The notes beneath the pieces are model-generated. The model ran no database searches, had not been told where the DNA came from, and saw nothing but the letters and a program-made list of their open reading frames with translations. This document shows, piece by piece, positions 52,452-64,000 of a DNA stretch of 64,000 nt. Source of the DNA: Antedon mediterranea (Eukaryota; Animalia; Echinodermata); assembly GCF_964355755.1 (NCBI RefSeq), contig NC_092670.1, positions 1,292,201 through 1,356,200 of the forward strand, given 5' to 3'. A program made the position numbers and the translations under genes. Every line of letters starts with the position of its first letter. Within the stretch, counting starts at the first letter, position 1.

Positions 52452-54464
52452 ATGGCGATGGACAAAGAGAAGCTGTTCGCTTCTTGCAATCCAACCCTTG
52501 TAAGTATTCTAAACTGTACAATTCATTTTCACTTAGTGTAGCCTAGCTGGCTAGCTGTTTTTTGTTGTTGTTTTAGAGTATTGTAGGCTTATTTAGCTAA
52601 ATCTCGCAAATAATTACTTACAATTATTTATTTAAGTACAGTACGGTATGGTACTACTTGTAATCATTAAAAAAATCGGAATATTCAGATTTTTGATACA
52701 AATTCATATTAGTTTTTGTTTGTTTGACAGTATACATCACTGTAATTTGTTTTTAAAAGAGTTGGGTAACTGCTATGATACAGTCTTTTTAAAAGTTGTA
52801 TTTAAGTTAAAATAAATCCTTAGTCATAACAATTGTATAAGTCGAGGCCACAAATCGGTATGATGTCAAATTAAAGTTTGTTGAAATTAAATCAATAATT
52901 TGTTTATTAGCTTTACATTTAATGTAATCAACTTTAATATAGATTTAAGATTCTCAAAAGGAAGAAGAAAAGTTATGAGTTTAGAACTATTCAAAATTCA
53001 CAATCCTTTTATCAATAACATTTTACAATTTCCTTTTAGATGAGGGGCCTGACATCCGCCACGTCCGTTGCAGTGGCCCCATTAAAATTCCGAATCCGGA
53101 TGGATTATCATGGGATTGACACCTCAGTATCCGTGTGGAATAACTTAAAAGCGTGGGTAAAGAATCATCCGGTTTATTCTAGTTGTCTTGCTGTACTCTG
53201 TGGGATAAATGTCATCCCGGTTTTATCATTTGCTGCTGCTTATGTGACAATTAAGATTACGATGCGAATTGGAACTTCTCTACTCCAAGGTACAGTGTAT
53301 AAGTAGTCATAGTGTCTCCCTTTCACATTGCTTAAGCATGAATTGACCAATCACAAGCGATGGCTTATTCGCTTGTGATTGCTAACTGTCTATAACTTCG
53401 CTTGTCATTGGTTAAAACGCTTGCGTTGCATTTACGTCCTTGCGTTACGGTCTAGTGGGAACCAAGCTTTAGTTTACACACACTAGAGCATTTTTTCTGG
53501 TGTGTACTTTTCTAGTACAGGTGATGTGAAAGGAAAATCAAATCAAAACTATAGAGGTATTAATTATACAACTAGGGAGTCAACTCAACAGGTCAAAGTG
53601 ATCCAACATGGATACAACCATCGATTACTTCATTCCTGTTCAAGTTGTATATAAATACTTCTGTATGACTAGCACTCGATTATTTTTTGCTTCTGTTCTG
53701 GTTGCTTCAGAAACAAATATAAATTCTGTAACTTATTTTGATATCTATTTTAAGAACAATATATGGTCATGTGGGCGTTGCCTCATCTTAAAATATACAT
53801 TCACCTCGAAGTGCATATAATTTCGCTTTTTAAGACACCAATCTGATTTTTACTTATTCTGTTTGATTAAAATTAAAGACAACGTTTCTTTACAGGTGTG
53901 AAACGATTGCTTGGCTTCCAAACTAAAACTACTAAATTTGAGAAGGAATACCATCTTTCACATGTCAACCAACAGATGAGTGAATACTGGGGGCGCTTTC
54001 GCATCGTACCAAGCTCACAAAGGGATAAGAAGGTTGTTAGTCTCTACAACGATGTTGCTGATTTTCAAATGTTAGAAGAATGCACGAAAATGCTACAAGC
54101 GAATGATAACACCGAAGTCTATAGCTATCTTTCCGGTGTTAGTAATACTGGAGATGCAGACTCTGCGATTGCAGATTTGTATACAGAAAAAGAAGGCAGT
54201 ACGGAACATCCAGATTTAATTTGCGGGTTGGATCCGAAACAAGTAAATCCAAGCGATATTGTCCCAGTGACTGATGGGAATGATGAAACAGAGACGGTAG
54301 ACAGCGGTGAAGTAACTGCAAGCGAATCAATGTCTTCTATGGTGGAATCAACAACGTCACTCGAGCAAAGATTATCACGAGATGGATTAAATAAAGGAAA
54401 AAGCAAGAGAAAAAAGAGGAAAAGAATCTCATGGCCATTTTTGAAGAAAAAACAAGTACCATAG
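52452..54464 (+). CDS. Divergent promethin-like paralog with a long acidic C-terminal tail, ~288 aa
   Basis: Exons 52452-52499 (MAMDKEKLFASCNPTL, donor gtaagt), 53040-53289 and 53896-54464 join in frame. Exon 2 aligns without gaps to LDAF1 exon 1 (LKxWxxxHP, PV..F, same phase-1 intron at the final G). Confidence 0.72.
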
Positions 54465-55724
54465 TTCCAATACATGTGCAAGGTTAAAATGTTACTAAAC
54501 ATGATCTGCACCATGGCTCATAAAGCAAAGTACTGTACAAATTGGTCGGATTTTATGGTGAATTTTATTGTTGAAATATCCTTAATAAATAATACTGTAC
54601 TGGCAGTAAAGTACTGTAAACCAAAAATATTTGAAAAAGAGATGCATAGAAAAAATATGAACTTGAATTACACAATTGTACAATAAAAAGAAAGCAATAA
54701 ATGAAATGTTATGAAATAAAATTACTGTAGTGTCTTTCTATGATTATGATTTAAAGATTCCAAAAAAGATTAGTGTTTGATTATCAAATCTATCTGGAAT
54801 CTTAAGACAGATAACAAAACATATTGCTTAAATTTAAGTTTATCTTTACTTTGAGATAGAAGTAAGTCAACTCTCCTAATACCAGACATATTTAAACTGG
54901 AAAGTCTATTCAGAACGTGTTTTTAATGGTAAAAATTAAATTAGGACCTTTTGGCACTCAAGAGAATTTCCAGATAGTCCGGTACAGGTAAAGTTGACGT
55001 ATAAGATATGATGCAGTATAATATACTGTACTTAATCTGACTGCAGGATCTGAGCTAAGCCCATCAGGACAAGAATCTGAGCTAAGCCCATCAGGACGAG
55101 AATCTGAGATGATAAGATTCCAATCCTGACAATTGTTGAGGTATCAAGGTAGCATCTTTTGGAATGCATTGTATCATAGTACTGTATGTACTGTTTGTAG
55201 TTTATTGCGCTTCCATACAATGATATAGCACGTTTTGCAAAATATTTGTAACATATTATTTTCAAGGATTTAAAAAGTGGCAAATATTGCAATACATATT
55301 GAAACAATGATATAAGCCCAAAACTGCTTTATTCCATCACTAAGCCAAAATCTTATAATACCCTTTTGACATTTCTTCCAAGTCTTGGAATACTTAAAAG
55401 CACCAACTTTTAAATTCATCTTTTGATTAAAATAATATTAATAAATTTAATTTCATTGTTCAAACTTTTGTCACAAAAGGTAATACATTCATGTTAAACC
55501 ATCTTCTACTGTATTATGAAAAATTATGTACCTTAATTAAGTACCGTACTAATAAATGATATTTATAAAAATTACTAAATAATATCATTATTTTAATATA
55601 AATTTATGTGAAATGCATGGTATAAAACAATAATATATAAAAATAATTTTAATAAGTATATCAAAATATGTACATTTCTGTATATAAAATAAGCAGTAAA
55701 AAAGAAAACAAATTACATACATTT

Positions 55725-58700
55725 TTACATTCGTAGATTCTGTATATGTTTATGGTTTGGACTTAGTGACTCACGCTTTGGCTCAACATGATGTGTACGG
55801 TTTCGCAAATGGTACACACGTTTGTGTACGCTCACAAGCGCTGGTCGACTCCTTCTGAGTCCTAATTTTCCCCCACCGCCGATGGTAAAACTATGACCTT
55901 TTTGTTTTGTGCCACACGGAGACAAGTAACCACTATTGGTTTCACATATGCGCATATTTGGATGGACGGTTCGCTCATTGTTGGAATGTACTGAGTTGTA
56001 GGACATACCACCGCTATTTTCAGTATCTCTCGATGGTAGTTGTAAATTCTTCAAGTTATTGGTTACATTTATATTTGTATCTATCTTCTCATTACTAATA
56101 ATGTCTGACAGTGCTTCCTTGTTTTCTTGCACCATTAAAAAATCTGAAAAGAAAAGTTTAAATGGTTAGAAAAAAAAGAGAAGAAAGAGAGAAAGTGAAT
56201 TGTTTTTTTTTAAATTTGTTATTTATTTATACTAGGTAACCTCTTCAGTCACAGACCCATCTCCCAGAGGGCCCAGTTATGATCAGTGGCTGTGTATGTA
56301 CTAGTACACCGAGGTACCCCCCACCCTACTTGTCTCAAAAGATGTATTGGGTTCTTTAAGACTGCACATGAGCTAGATTTGTACACTGGACCTATGGTTT
56401 ATACTCCTTATCCGAGAAGACTCGTTCTACCACCAGAACCACGAAGCGAGTGAGCCTCGAACCCTTGTCGATGGTATGGCTTGTCATGCTTTTTTATATT
56501 TTCTGTATGTTCGTCTTATTCTATGTAAAATTCAATCTCTGTTTACTTAGATTGTAATAAAGATTATTTGAATTTAAAGGCTACGTAATTACGGTTCTAC
56601 TGTCTTAACCGCTCGACCACTCGCTCACTGAAAGTATATATTAAACAATAAAAAAAAAACACCACATATTAACCATAATGTACCATGACACCTACCTTCA
56701 TGAACTAACTCCCCATCACTTTCTTCATCCCCTTCATACCCAGAATTTATCGAACAAAAACTTTGGTTATTTGGATTTTCAGCAATTTTTTCAATCCCGG
56801 GGACAGAGGTTGGAGTGACAGCACGTGGATAAAAATCTGTTTCTTTGTCATCATTAATATCGGCTGGCTTAGCTTTTGATGAGGGAGACATCAGGAATGA
56901 TTCCATAGCTGGTGACTTCTGATGTTCTTTGGTATTGGGCGATGATTGTGATTCAGCACCAAGCATGTCACACAGCACAGCATATGGAATACTCTGTGAT
57001 AAAAAAATAACATGTAAAGAACGGACTAGTCAACTTGCCAATTACATTAAAAAGTCATGTATTAAGATTTGAACCAAAGACCCTGTGGTTGTCAAACAAG
57101 TATGGTGATGTTTTCATGTTCTGCAATTATATATTTTTAAATACAATACTATGTCAAAATAAATTAAATGAAAAAAAAAATTAAATGACCATGCAACACA
57201 GTTCCCCCGAGTCTAAATAAATCATTATTGCTTAGAATCGATGGCAACACCTTGGTGGTAGGTAGAAAATGTTATATGAAAAATATTAGTGGTGACCGCA
57301 CCCAACCTCTACTCCATCAATCATTAAAGGTAAACCAGCTTTTAGAGAATGTTTACCTGAAATTTGCTAACTTCACTTAGTTCTGTGACAGCGTAACGTT
57401 CCTTTACAGCTACTAACTTGACTTCACGGTGGTCTGTCAGTGGACTACCTGAAAAACTGAGCAAATACTAATCTTTTAAAATACATATGAAAAGGAACTA
57501 TTTTAGCTTTTATTTTTTAGATAAAAATTATTTAAATATCATTTTTTCACTACCTTGGCTTGAGCAAAAAAAAAAAATGTTTTTCCTCATTGTTAAAGCC
57601 AGTACCACAAAATAGGACCAACTGTAACTTACCAGTTCCTATGCAGGTTAAGTGTGGTCTTCTCTAGATCTTTGATATCAAAGCCTGTAGACTGTAGCAT
57701 TGTCATAGTCCAGGGGGATTCTGTAAATAACAAGTTAAGATGTGACTACTTACTGCCACTACAACATTTATTAATTTGGACAACTAGGCAGTTTAAGAGA
57801 CTTATTTCTAAGATAAAACTACTTACCAGCATTGAATAACAGTCTTGTGAGGTATATAGCACATGATGCTATCTTAGCTGGCGACACTGATCCAAATGCT
57901 GAATATAGTAGAGATGTTTCACATATATACATTGCCATGTCCTTTGTCTTCTTGTCGGCAGACACCATTTGACAGAGAAGGTTGAGGTAGTCGACTGCAG
58001 TTAATACCTGAAGAATGAAGTTACATTATATTATCATTATTATTTATAATTATACTGCAAAATCAAAATGTATGTATTTAACTAAATAAACCAGATATAA
58101 ATGAAAACATTTCATATACCGATTATGAATTTTATTATTATTACACTTGTACAGTATTTATATTTATAAGATAGTTTGAAATAATAATATTTAACCTGCC
58201 TATTTCAGTACTCTACATTCCTGAGTGATATCCACAAACAGATAAAACATAAAACACATAAAAACTGAGTGGTTGTTCATCTATCTGTCTTTGCATATTA
58301 TAGTTACACAATCTCTCAAAATGTATTCAATTAGTCCAGATTTTTCTAACAAGTTTTCATTAAGTCATCACAAAAAAAAACCAAAACATACCCGTAAATT
58401 TCCATGCAGCGTAGCGACAATATCTCCCAGCATTCTTACAACATCCTCATATTGATATGTGCCGTCAGTTAGCCAAGCAGCCTCTCGTATTGTAATGATA
58501 TCCTTCTCTAGTAATCTAATCCATAATAAAACTAGATTCAGTGCGATGCCAGAGGTTCATTTGCGGTTTAATATTATACAAATAATGAATATATGAGTTG
58601 GATGGTAAGAATATTTCATTAGTTTGAAAGATTCAATTAGGTAGAACTAATACCGAATGGCAAGTGATGCGTAACTAACCAATCAAATTGCAAGAATACA

Positions 58701-61700
58701 GTCAGTATATATTATATAATAATACTGTATATTATAACATAAGAACTTACAACTTAGAAACCATGAAAAGTACAGTATGTACAAAAAAAATACCTTGCAC
58801 ATACGACCATTCCTGCAATTCCTACCAACTGCAGATCGGCTCGCGTGATTGGACGCATCATGAGGTAGCGGTCAATGGAGCATATTGTAGTGTGTAAAGT
58901 TAACGATGAGTAGTCTTTCATTCCAGTCACTTCAATTAACCAATCCACAAGAATATGTCTGGAAAAAAGAAAGAATATATAGACTTAAGATAATGTATTT
59001 GGTTCAATGGTGGTTTGCTGGACAACACATTAGCCAAAGAAACTTATCTGAAAACCACAGGGCTGTTGAAATAGGTTGAAGAGAACAAATGACCATCAAC
59101 TTTTGTCATCAATTTCATGTATATGTTTTGAGTCTAAACTTTTGGAAAAATCGATCAATTTTTTTAACTGGTATTTTACCCAGAGGTACTTATCTCACTG
59201 TAAGACCCTTTATTTTGCATGTGACAACACCCAGGGCCTTACTTAACGAGCCACTAACCTCATCTCACTGTAAGACCCTTTATTTTTCATGTGACAACAC
59301 CCAGGGCCTTACTTAATGAGCCACTAACCTCATCTCACTGTTAAGACCTTTTTGTAGTTTGTAGATATTGTGATTGTTTGATGGGATGGACGATTGAAAG
59401 AATTGTCTTAAAGTTGAGGCTACTTGTTGAGATGGCAGTCCTCCGTAGAAACCTTTGCAATATGTGGAATATAATTCAAGCTGAAAAACACAGGTAAGCA
59501 AACAATTATCAGTGATGTACTGATATTAAGTATCAATATATTGTTTCTTTATGCTAGAGTGTCAGTATATATAGACAATCCATCATACTTTTTTTTATAT
59601 CATTCGAAATAAGAAAAACAACCCACACTGGTGCTCAAGAAAGTATATACTAATATTTAATAAATGAGTTGGTTTTAATATCTTACCTTTGCGTCAATAC
59701 TTCTGCCAGATGCTATTTCACGTAGGCTTCTAATTGACTGTAAACTAACAGATTCTAGGGAATCCTGTAAAAATAAGTAATTTAAGAGTTTATCTACATA
59801 CAGACTCAGATATAAATTAGTTTTTATTTATTTAACTTTATTTTACCAGGGTAGCTCTAACTGATTTACTACAGCAGTACAGCTGACTTGAAGAGGCTCC
59901 TTTAATTTAGCTATTAAAAGAAACATTTTTTTCTATCAAGTTTTTAAAAGCCTTGCATCCAACCTTATCTCAAGCCACCACTAACTCCCATTATGTAACC
60001 ACCATAAATTTGAAAACCGTTTGTTTTTGCAATTACTAAAGGACTTGATTATGTTTGAGTACAGTATAGCTGTTCATACCAAACTAGATTGAGATGTCTT
60101 CCAGAGAGCATAGGCAGCATCACTAGAACCAGCATGGCATGCCTTCTCAAGCCAGGGCCTTGTAATTGTCTCTACCTCGTCCTCCTCTGATAAGCTATGT
60201 GTCTTGGCAATACACATTAGTACTGATGGATGGTTATTATTCTATAAATAAGTATATTACATAATAAGTGTGTGTGTGTGGGGGATACCTCTAATACCAG
60301 TGGTGTGTTACAAAGAACATGATACACAAACTGGTAATATTGCAGTTATTAATTTCATATAAAAAATTAATTATGTCATCATCTACAAAGTATAGTCATG
60401 TCTCGGGTCCATTGTATAGTCACCACTAGATATACTTCTATGAATGAATGATTAGTAGTTGGAAACATGAACGCTAGTTGATCAAATCCAATACAGCTTT
60501 GATTTTATGATCATTTTGGTAATTATCCGCTGTACACTTGTAAACATACAAACTCATTGATTAGAGTATATTTGAGCCTTGGTAATGTCTTCATTCAGGA
60601 ATTGTTGTATTACCTTGTTGTCGTCACACAAGTCTTGCATACTAGTAAGTACGCAGGCCTTGCAACAAGCACCATTTGTATTCCACGGCGGACGAATAAA
60701 CAGCCACATGAACGTTGAAGCTAACTTTGAATACTGCTCAGCTTTACAAAAGTACTTAGCTGCCACTCGGCCGTTATATTCAGTATCCTTCCTCCCACTG
60801 TCTGTTACTGCTGTAGTGAACAATGACAAAAACCAGAAAAAATGTTTTGAATGAACTGATTGTTGCATGCATAAGGTTCTACACAATACCCATTTCAAAC
60901 ATGCAAGAGTGAATGAAAATTTCAAGAGTGAATGAGAATTTCAAGAGTGAATGGGAATTTCAAGAGTGAATGGGAATTGCAAGAGTGAATGAGAATTGCA
61001 AGAGTGAATGAGAATTGCAAGAGTGAATGAGAATTGCAAGAGTGAATGAGAATTGCAAGAGTGAATGGGAATTTCAAGAGTGAATGGGAATTTCAAGAGT
61101 GAATGGGAATTTCAAGAGTGAATGAAAATTGCAAGAGTGAATGAAAATTGCAAGAGTGAATGAAAATTTCAAGAGTGAATGGGAATTGCAAGAGTGAATG
61201 GGAATTGCAAGAGTGAATGGGAATTGCAAGAGTGAATGGGAATTGCAAGAGTGAATGAGAATTGCAAGAGTGAATGAGAATTGCAAGAGTGAATGGGAAT
61301 TGCAAGAGTGAATGGGAATTGCAAGAGTGAATGGGAATTGCAAGAGTGAATGAGAATTGCAAGAGTGAATGAGAATTGCAAGAGTGAATGAGAATTGCAA
61401 GAGTGAATGAGAATTTCAAGAGTGAATGAGAATTGCAAGAGTGAATGGGAATTGCAAGAGTGAATGGGAATTGCAAGAGTGAATGGGAATTGCAAGAGTG
61501 AATGAGAATTGCAAGAGTGAATGGGAATTGCAAGAGTGAATGGGAATTGCAAGAGTGAATGGGAATTGCAAGAGTGAATGGGAATTGCAAGAGTGAATGA
61601 GAATTGCAAGAGTGAATGAGAATTGCAAGAGTGAATGGGAATTGCAAGAGTGAATGGGAATTGCAAGAGTTAATGAGAATTGCAAGAGTGAATGGGAATT

Positions 61701-62825
61701 GCAAGAGTGAATGAGAACTTCAAGAGTGAATGGGAATTGCAAGAGTGAATGAGAATTTTAAGAGTGAATGGGAATTTCAATCTAAATTGTTTAGTTATTA
61801 TTATTTAACTTACGTCCTTCATAGTATAAATAAGCAACACCCAACTTGATCAATGCTTCAATATTGCCTTCATCGGCAGCCCTACAAAAATCAAGCAATT
61901 TAGCATTAAAATTTAGAATAATTTACAATAGCTAAGGAGTGGGTGAAATAGGAAAGTGTGGGAAGCCCACGGCATGTAGCTTAGTATATGCCTATGATTT
62001 AATATTAGTAGCCTACCATCACATATTGTACAAAGGAAGCCAAAACGTTTTAAAATTGTTATATACACTGGTAATAGATTTCATGTTTTGTATTTGAATA
62101 TTAATTATTATATTATTAGTACAGTAATATACAGTACCTTTCAAAAAGCTTGAAGTTATTGCCAGATGGCCATTCACCAATAAAAGTTGCCATTTTCCAT
62201 AAAGTAGAACTCGTGTCTACAAGCTCTTTGAAGCGTGGATGCACCTACAAAATAAAACAACATAAGAATTATATTGTTAAAACCTAAAAAAATAAATGCC
62301 ACACTAAAAGAGGGAAAAGGCAACAATACATTTCTTTTTAAATAGTTTATTTATTAAATAGTATTCTACCTGTCTCATTTTAATTAAATCCTTGCATGGT
62401 AACCCTTTCAAAATAAGTAACAGTAACTCATCAGGTAATGAGAGAAATCCTTCTTGACGACGACACAAACGAAGCTGACGTAACGGTACTCTGTTTGAAA
62501 TCAAATCTGGAAATACATAAAATAAACGTAGGCTATACTATATAATTTATAAAGCAATTAAAATTGTATTTAACCTAGGCCTAGACCAATTTGAGCCTAG
62601 CTAGAGGCTTGTTCTGAAAACGGTTGACTCAACCGTCATTGCACCCACCACTCTCGCTTGTCTCGACTGCCTAGCCTAACTAAATAGGCCTACCAACCTA
62701 CCAGCAGTACCACAGGTACCACCTAGAGCGCTCGAGGCTAGCTTTTTGAATACATTATTATTAGACCTAGGCATGTTCATGACTTTCTTACCAAACTATA
62801 TCGACCTGAGAATCATACCTTTCAT
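55725..62825 (-). CDS. CCNF: Cyclin F (F-box plus cyclin domains)
   Basis: Exons ~62819-62825, 62370-62506 (F-box FLSLPDELLLLIL), 62138-62243 (WPSGNNFKLFER), 61814-61881 (GNIEALIKLGVAYLY.EG), 60614-60810 (WLFIRPPW..NG.CCKA), 60080-60241, 59687-59765, 59329-59480, 58794-58958 (MR|HILVDWLIEV), 58392-58514, 57827-58007, 57633-57719, 57357-57448, 56696-56993 (SGYEGDEES) and 55725-56143. Confidence 0.95.
56218..56625 (-). mobile_element. tRNA-derived SINE with a Deu/Nin-domain-like core, interrupted by an AT-rich insert (~56482-56578)
   Basis: Minus strand: A box tggtcgagcgg, B box gggttcgaggc, core tcggataaggagtataaaccataggtcc...ttaaagaaccca...aagtaggg, and an aataa-type tail. Confidence 0.75.
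60903..61778. repeat. Intronic minisatellite, 19-bp unit, ~46 copies
   Basis: Unit caagagtgaatg(g/a)gaatt(g/t) in a cyclin F intron. Confidence 0.97.
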
Positions 62826-63138
62826 ATCGCTCCTTTTTTCTGCTTGATGAGAATAATATACCTAGTTATTCAGGCCCTAAAATATAAACTACGAGTCTTT
62901 TGAATTTGTCTAAACCGAAACCCCGGTTAAATCCAATCGGCCGTTGTAATTTATGCACATGTGTTTTTACATCCGCTAAGACATCTGATTGGTCTATTCA
63001 AGTTAAGTACCGCCTCTTTTTGCCTAATTTAGTGAATGAGTTCAAAGGTTATTTTTAATACGACACGATAGAGCCCTCTATCGTTAACCTTTAATATTTT
63101 CACAACATCGCAAAAATCATCATCTGTTTGCATTGAAA
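62826..63138. promoter_or_regulatory. Bidirectional promoter CCNF / HID1
   Basis: ~313 bp between divergent ATGs. CCAAT boxes at ~62933 (+) and ~62988 (-), CHR-like tttgaa at ~62899 and ttcaaa at ~63041, and MYB-like ccgttg at 62941. Confidence 0.65.
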
Positions 63139-63996
63139 ATGGGAGGTACAGATTCAAAGCTAAATTTCCGAAAAGCTGTTGTTCAACTTACAACAAAGAC
63201 TCAAGTAAGTATTATATCTATCTTTTCTGTCATTTAAGCCGAAAATAGTAACAAATTATTTGATAAATTGACTGTAATAAAATGTGGTTGATTAAACATT
63301 ACCTTTCTAGTAGGCTATACGACGTGGGTTGATGATGTGACGTGTCTGTACTGTCCAGTGGAGTGGTGGTAGAGTAGTAGTAGGCTTGAGTAGTTTAGGA
63401 GTAGTAGGCTAGAGTAGTTAGGAGTAGGCTAGCACAGGCGTAGAGAGACTTCTGACTAGGCCTGCATCCCGAGAAGGCCTTTGTATGTATGTAAATTCCA
63501 GGACCAGTGTTGTAGAGTTTTATTTATCGTGTCTATTTTATTTGTAGGCAAACTTGTATGTAAACAAATTGATCGGATCGATCCAATTGGAGCCATCCAA
63601 TTGATCTGCCTAGACTAGAAACCTAATTCTATAAAAGTCTATTTTAAAATAGTAGTTACGTTTAAAACTTATACAGGCCTAGGGAGTAGGCCTATTTCTA
63701 TACTATAATATTTATTATTTAACATTTTCAGGATTAAAATATTAACAAGCCAAGTACAATTACAATACAGCTTTTACTTAAATTTAAAAAAACAAGAAAT
63801 TCCTTTAAAAACATTAACATTTTGTTAATGTTCATCTGATCTCTAGCCTGTTGAAGCCGGCGATGATGCATTTTGGGATCAGTTTTGGGTAGATTCCGTA
63901 GCAAGTGTAAGTGACGTGTTTGCCTTGATACCAGCTGCCGAGATCAGAGCTCTAAGAGAAGAATCACCTACAAACTTGGCAACTTTATGCTATAAA
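63139..63996 (+). CDS. HID1: HID1 domain-containing Golgi protein, first two coding exons (continues beyond the window)
   Basis: Exons 63139-63204 and 63847-63996 give MGGTDSKLNFRKAVVQLTTKTQPVEAGDDAFWDQFW...EESPTNLATLCYK, nearly identical to the human HID1 N-terminus including the myristoylation Gly2. Confidence 0.96.
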
Positions 63997-64000
63997 GTAA

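Noticed and set aside
54125-54514. 129-aa antisense ORF
   Set aside because: Shadow of the plus-strand coding exon, with no independent support.
61074-61742. Repetitive ORFs up to 203 aa
   Set aside because: Translation of the 19-bp minisatellite in a cyclin F intron.

Overview
AT-rich, intron-rich animal genomic DNA. An invertebrate deuterostome such as an echinoderm is my inference from gene content, SINE type and composition. Genes assembled by hand from GT-AG exons, left to right: 3' end of a GABA-B-receptor-like class C GPCR (+); POLG2 (-); a ~12-exon minus-strand locus with no continuous ORF; a single-coding-exon two-TM protein (-); GGA clathrin adaptor (+); SDR42E-type 3-beta-HSD-like enzyme (-); YARS2 (-) head-to-head with LDAF1/promethin (+); a second, divergent promethin-like gene (+); cyclin F (-) head-to-head with the 5' end of HID1 (+). 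Introns carry five minisatellite arrays, LINE 3' fragments, two tRNA-derived SINEs and many non-autonomous DNA elements, several with readable target-site duplications. The most interesting item is the tandem promethin paralog. It keeps only the first half of the hydrophobic region, has gained an acidic tail ending in a PP1-type KRISW motif, and has two upstream ATG exons that could give alternative membrane anchors or a 55-aa microprotein. Gene identities come from remembered similarity to human proteins, not from a database search. Exon coordinates were read by eye and may be off by a few bases.
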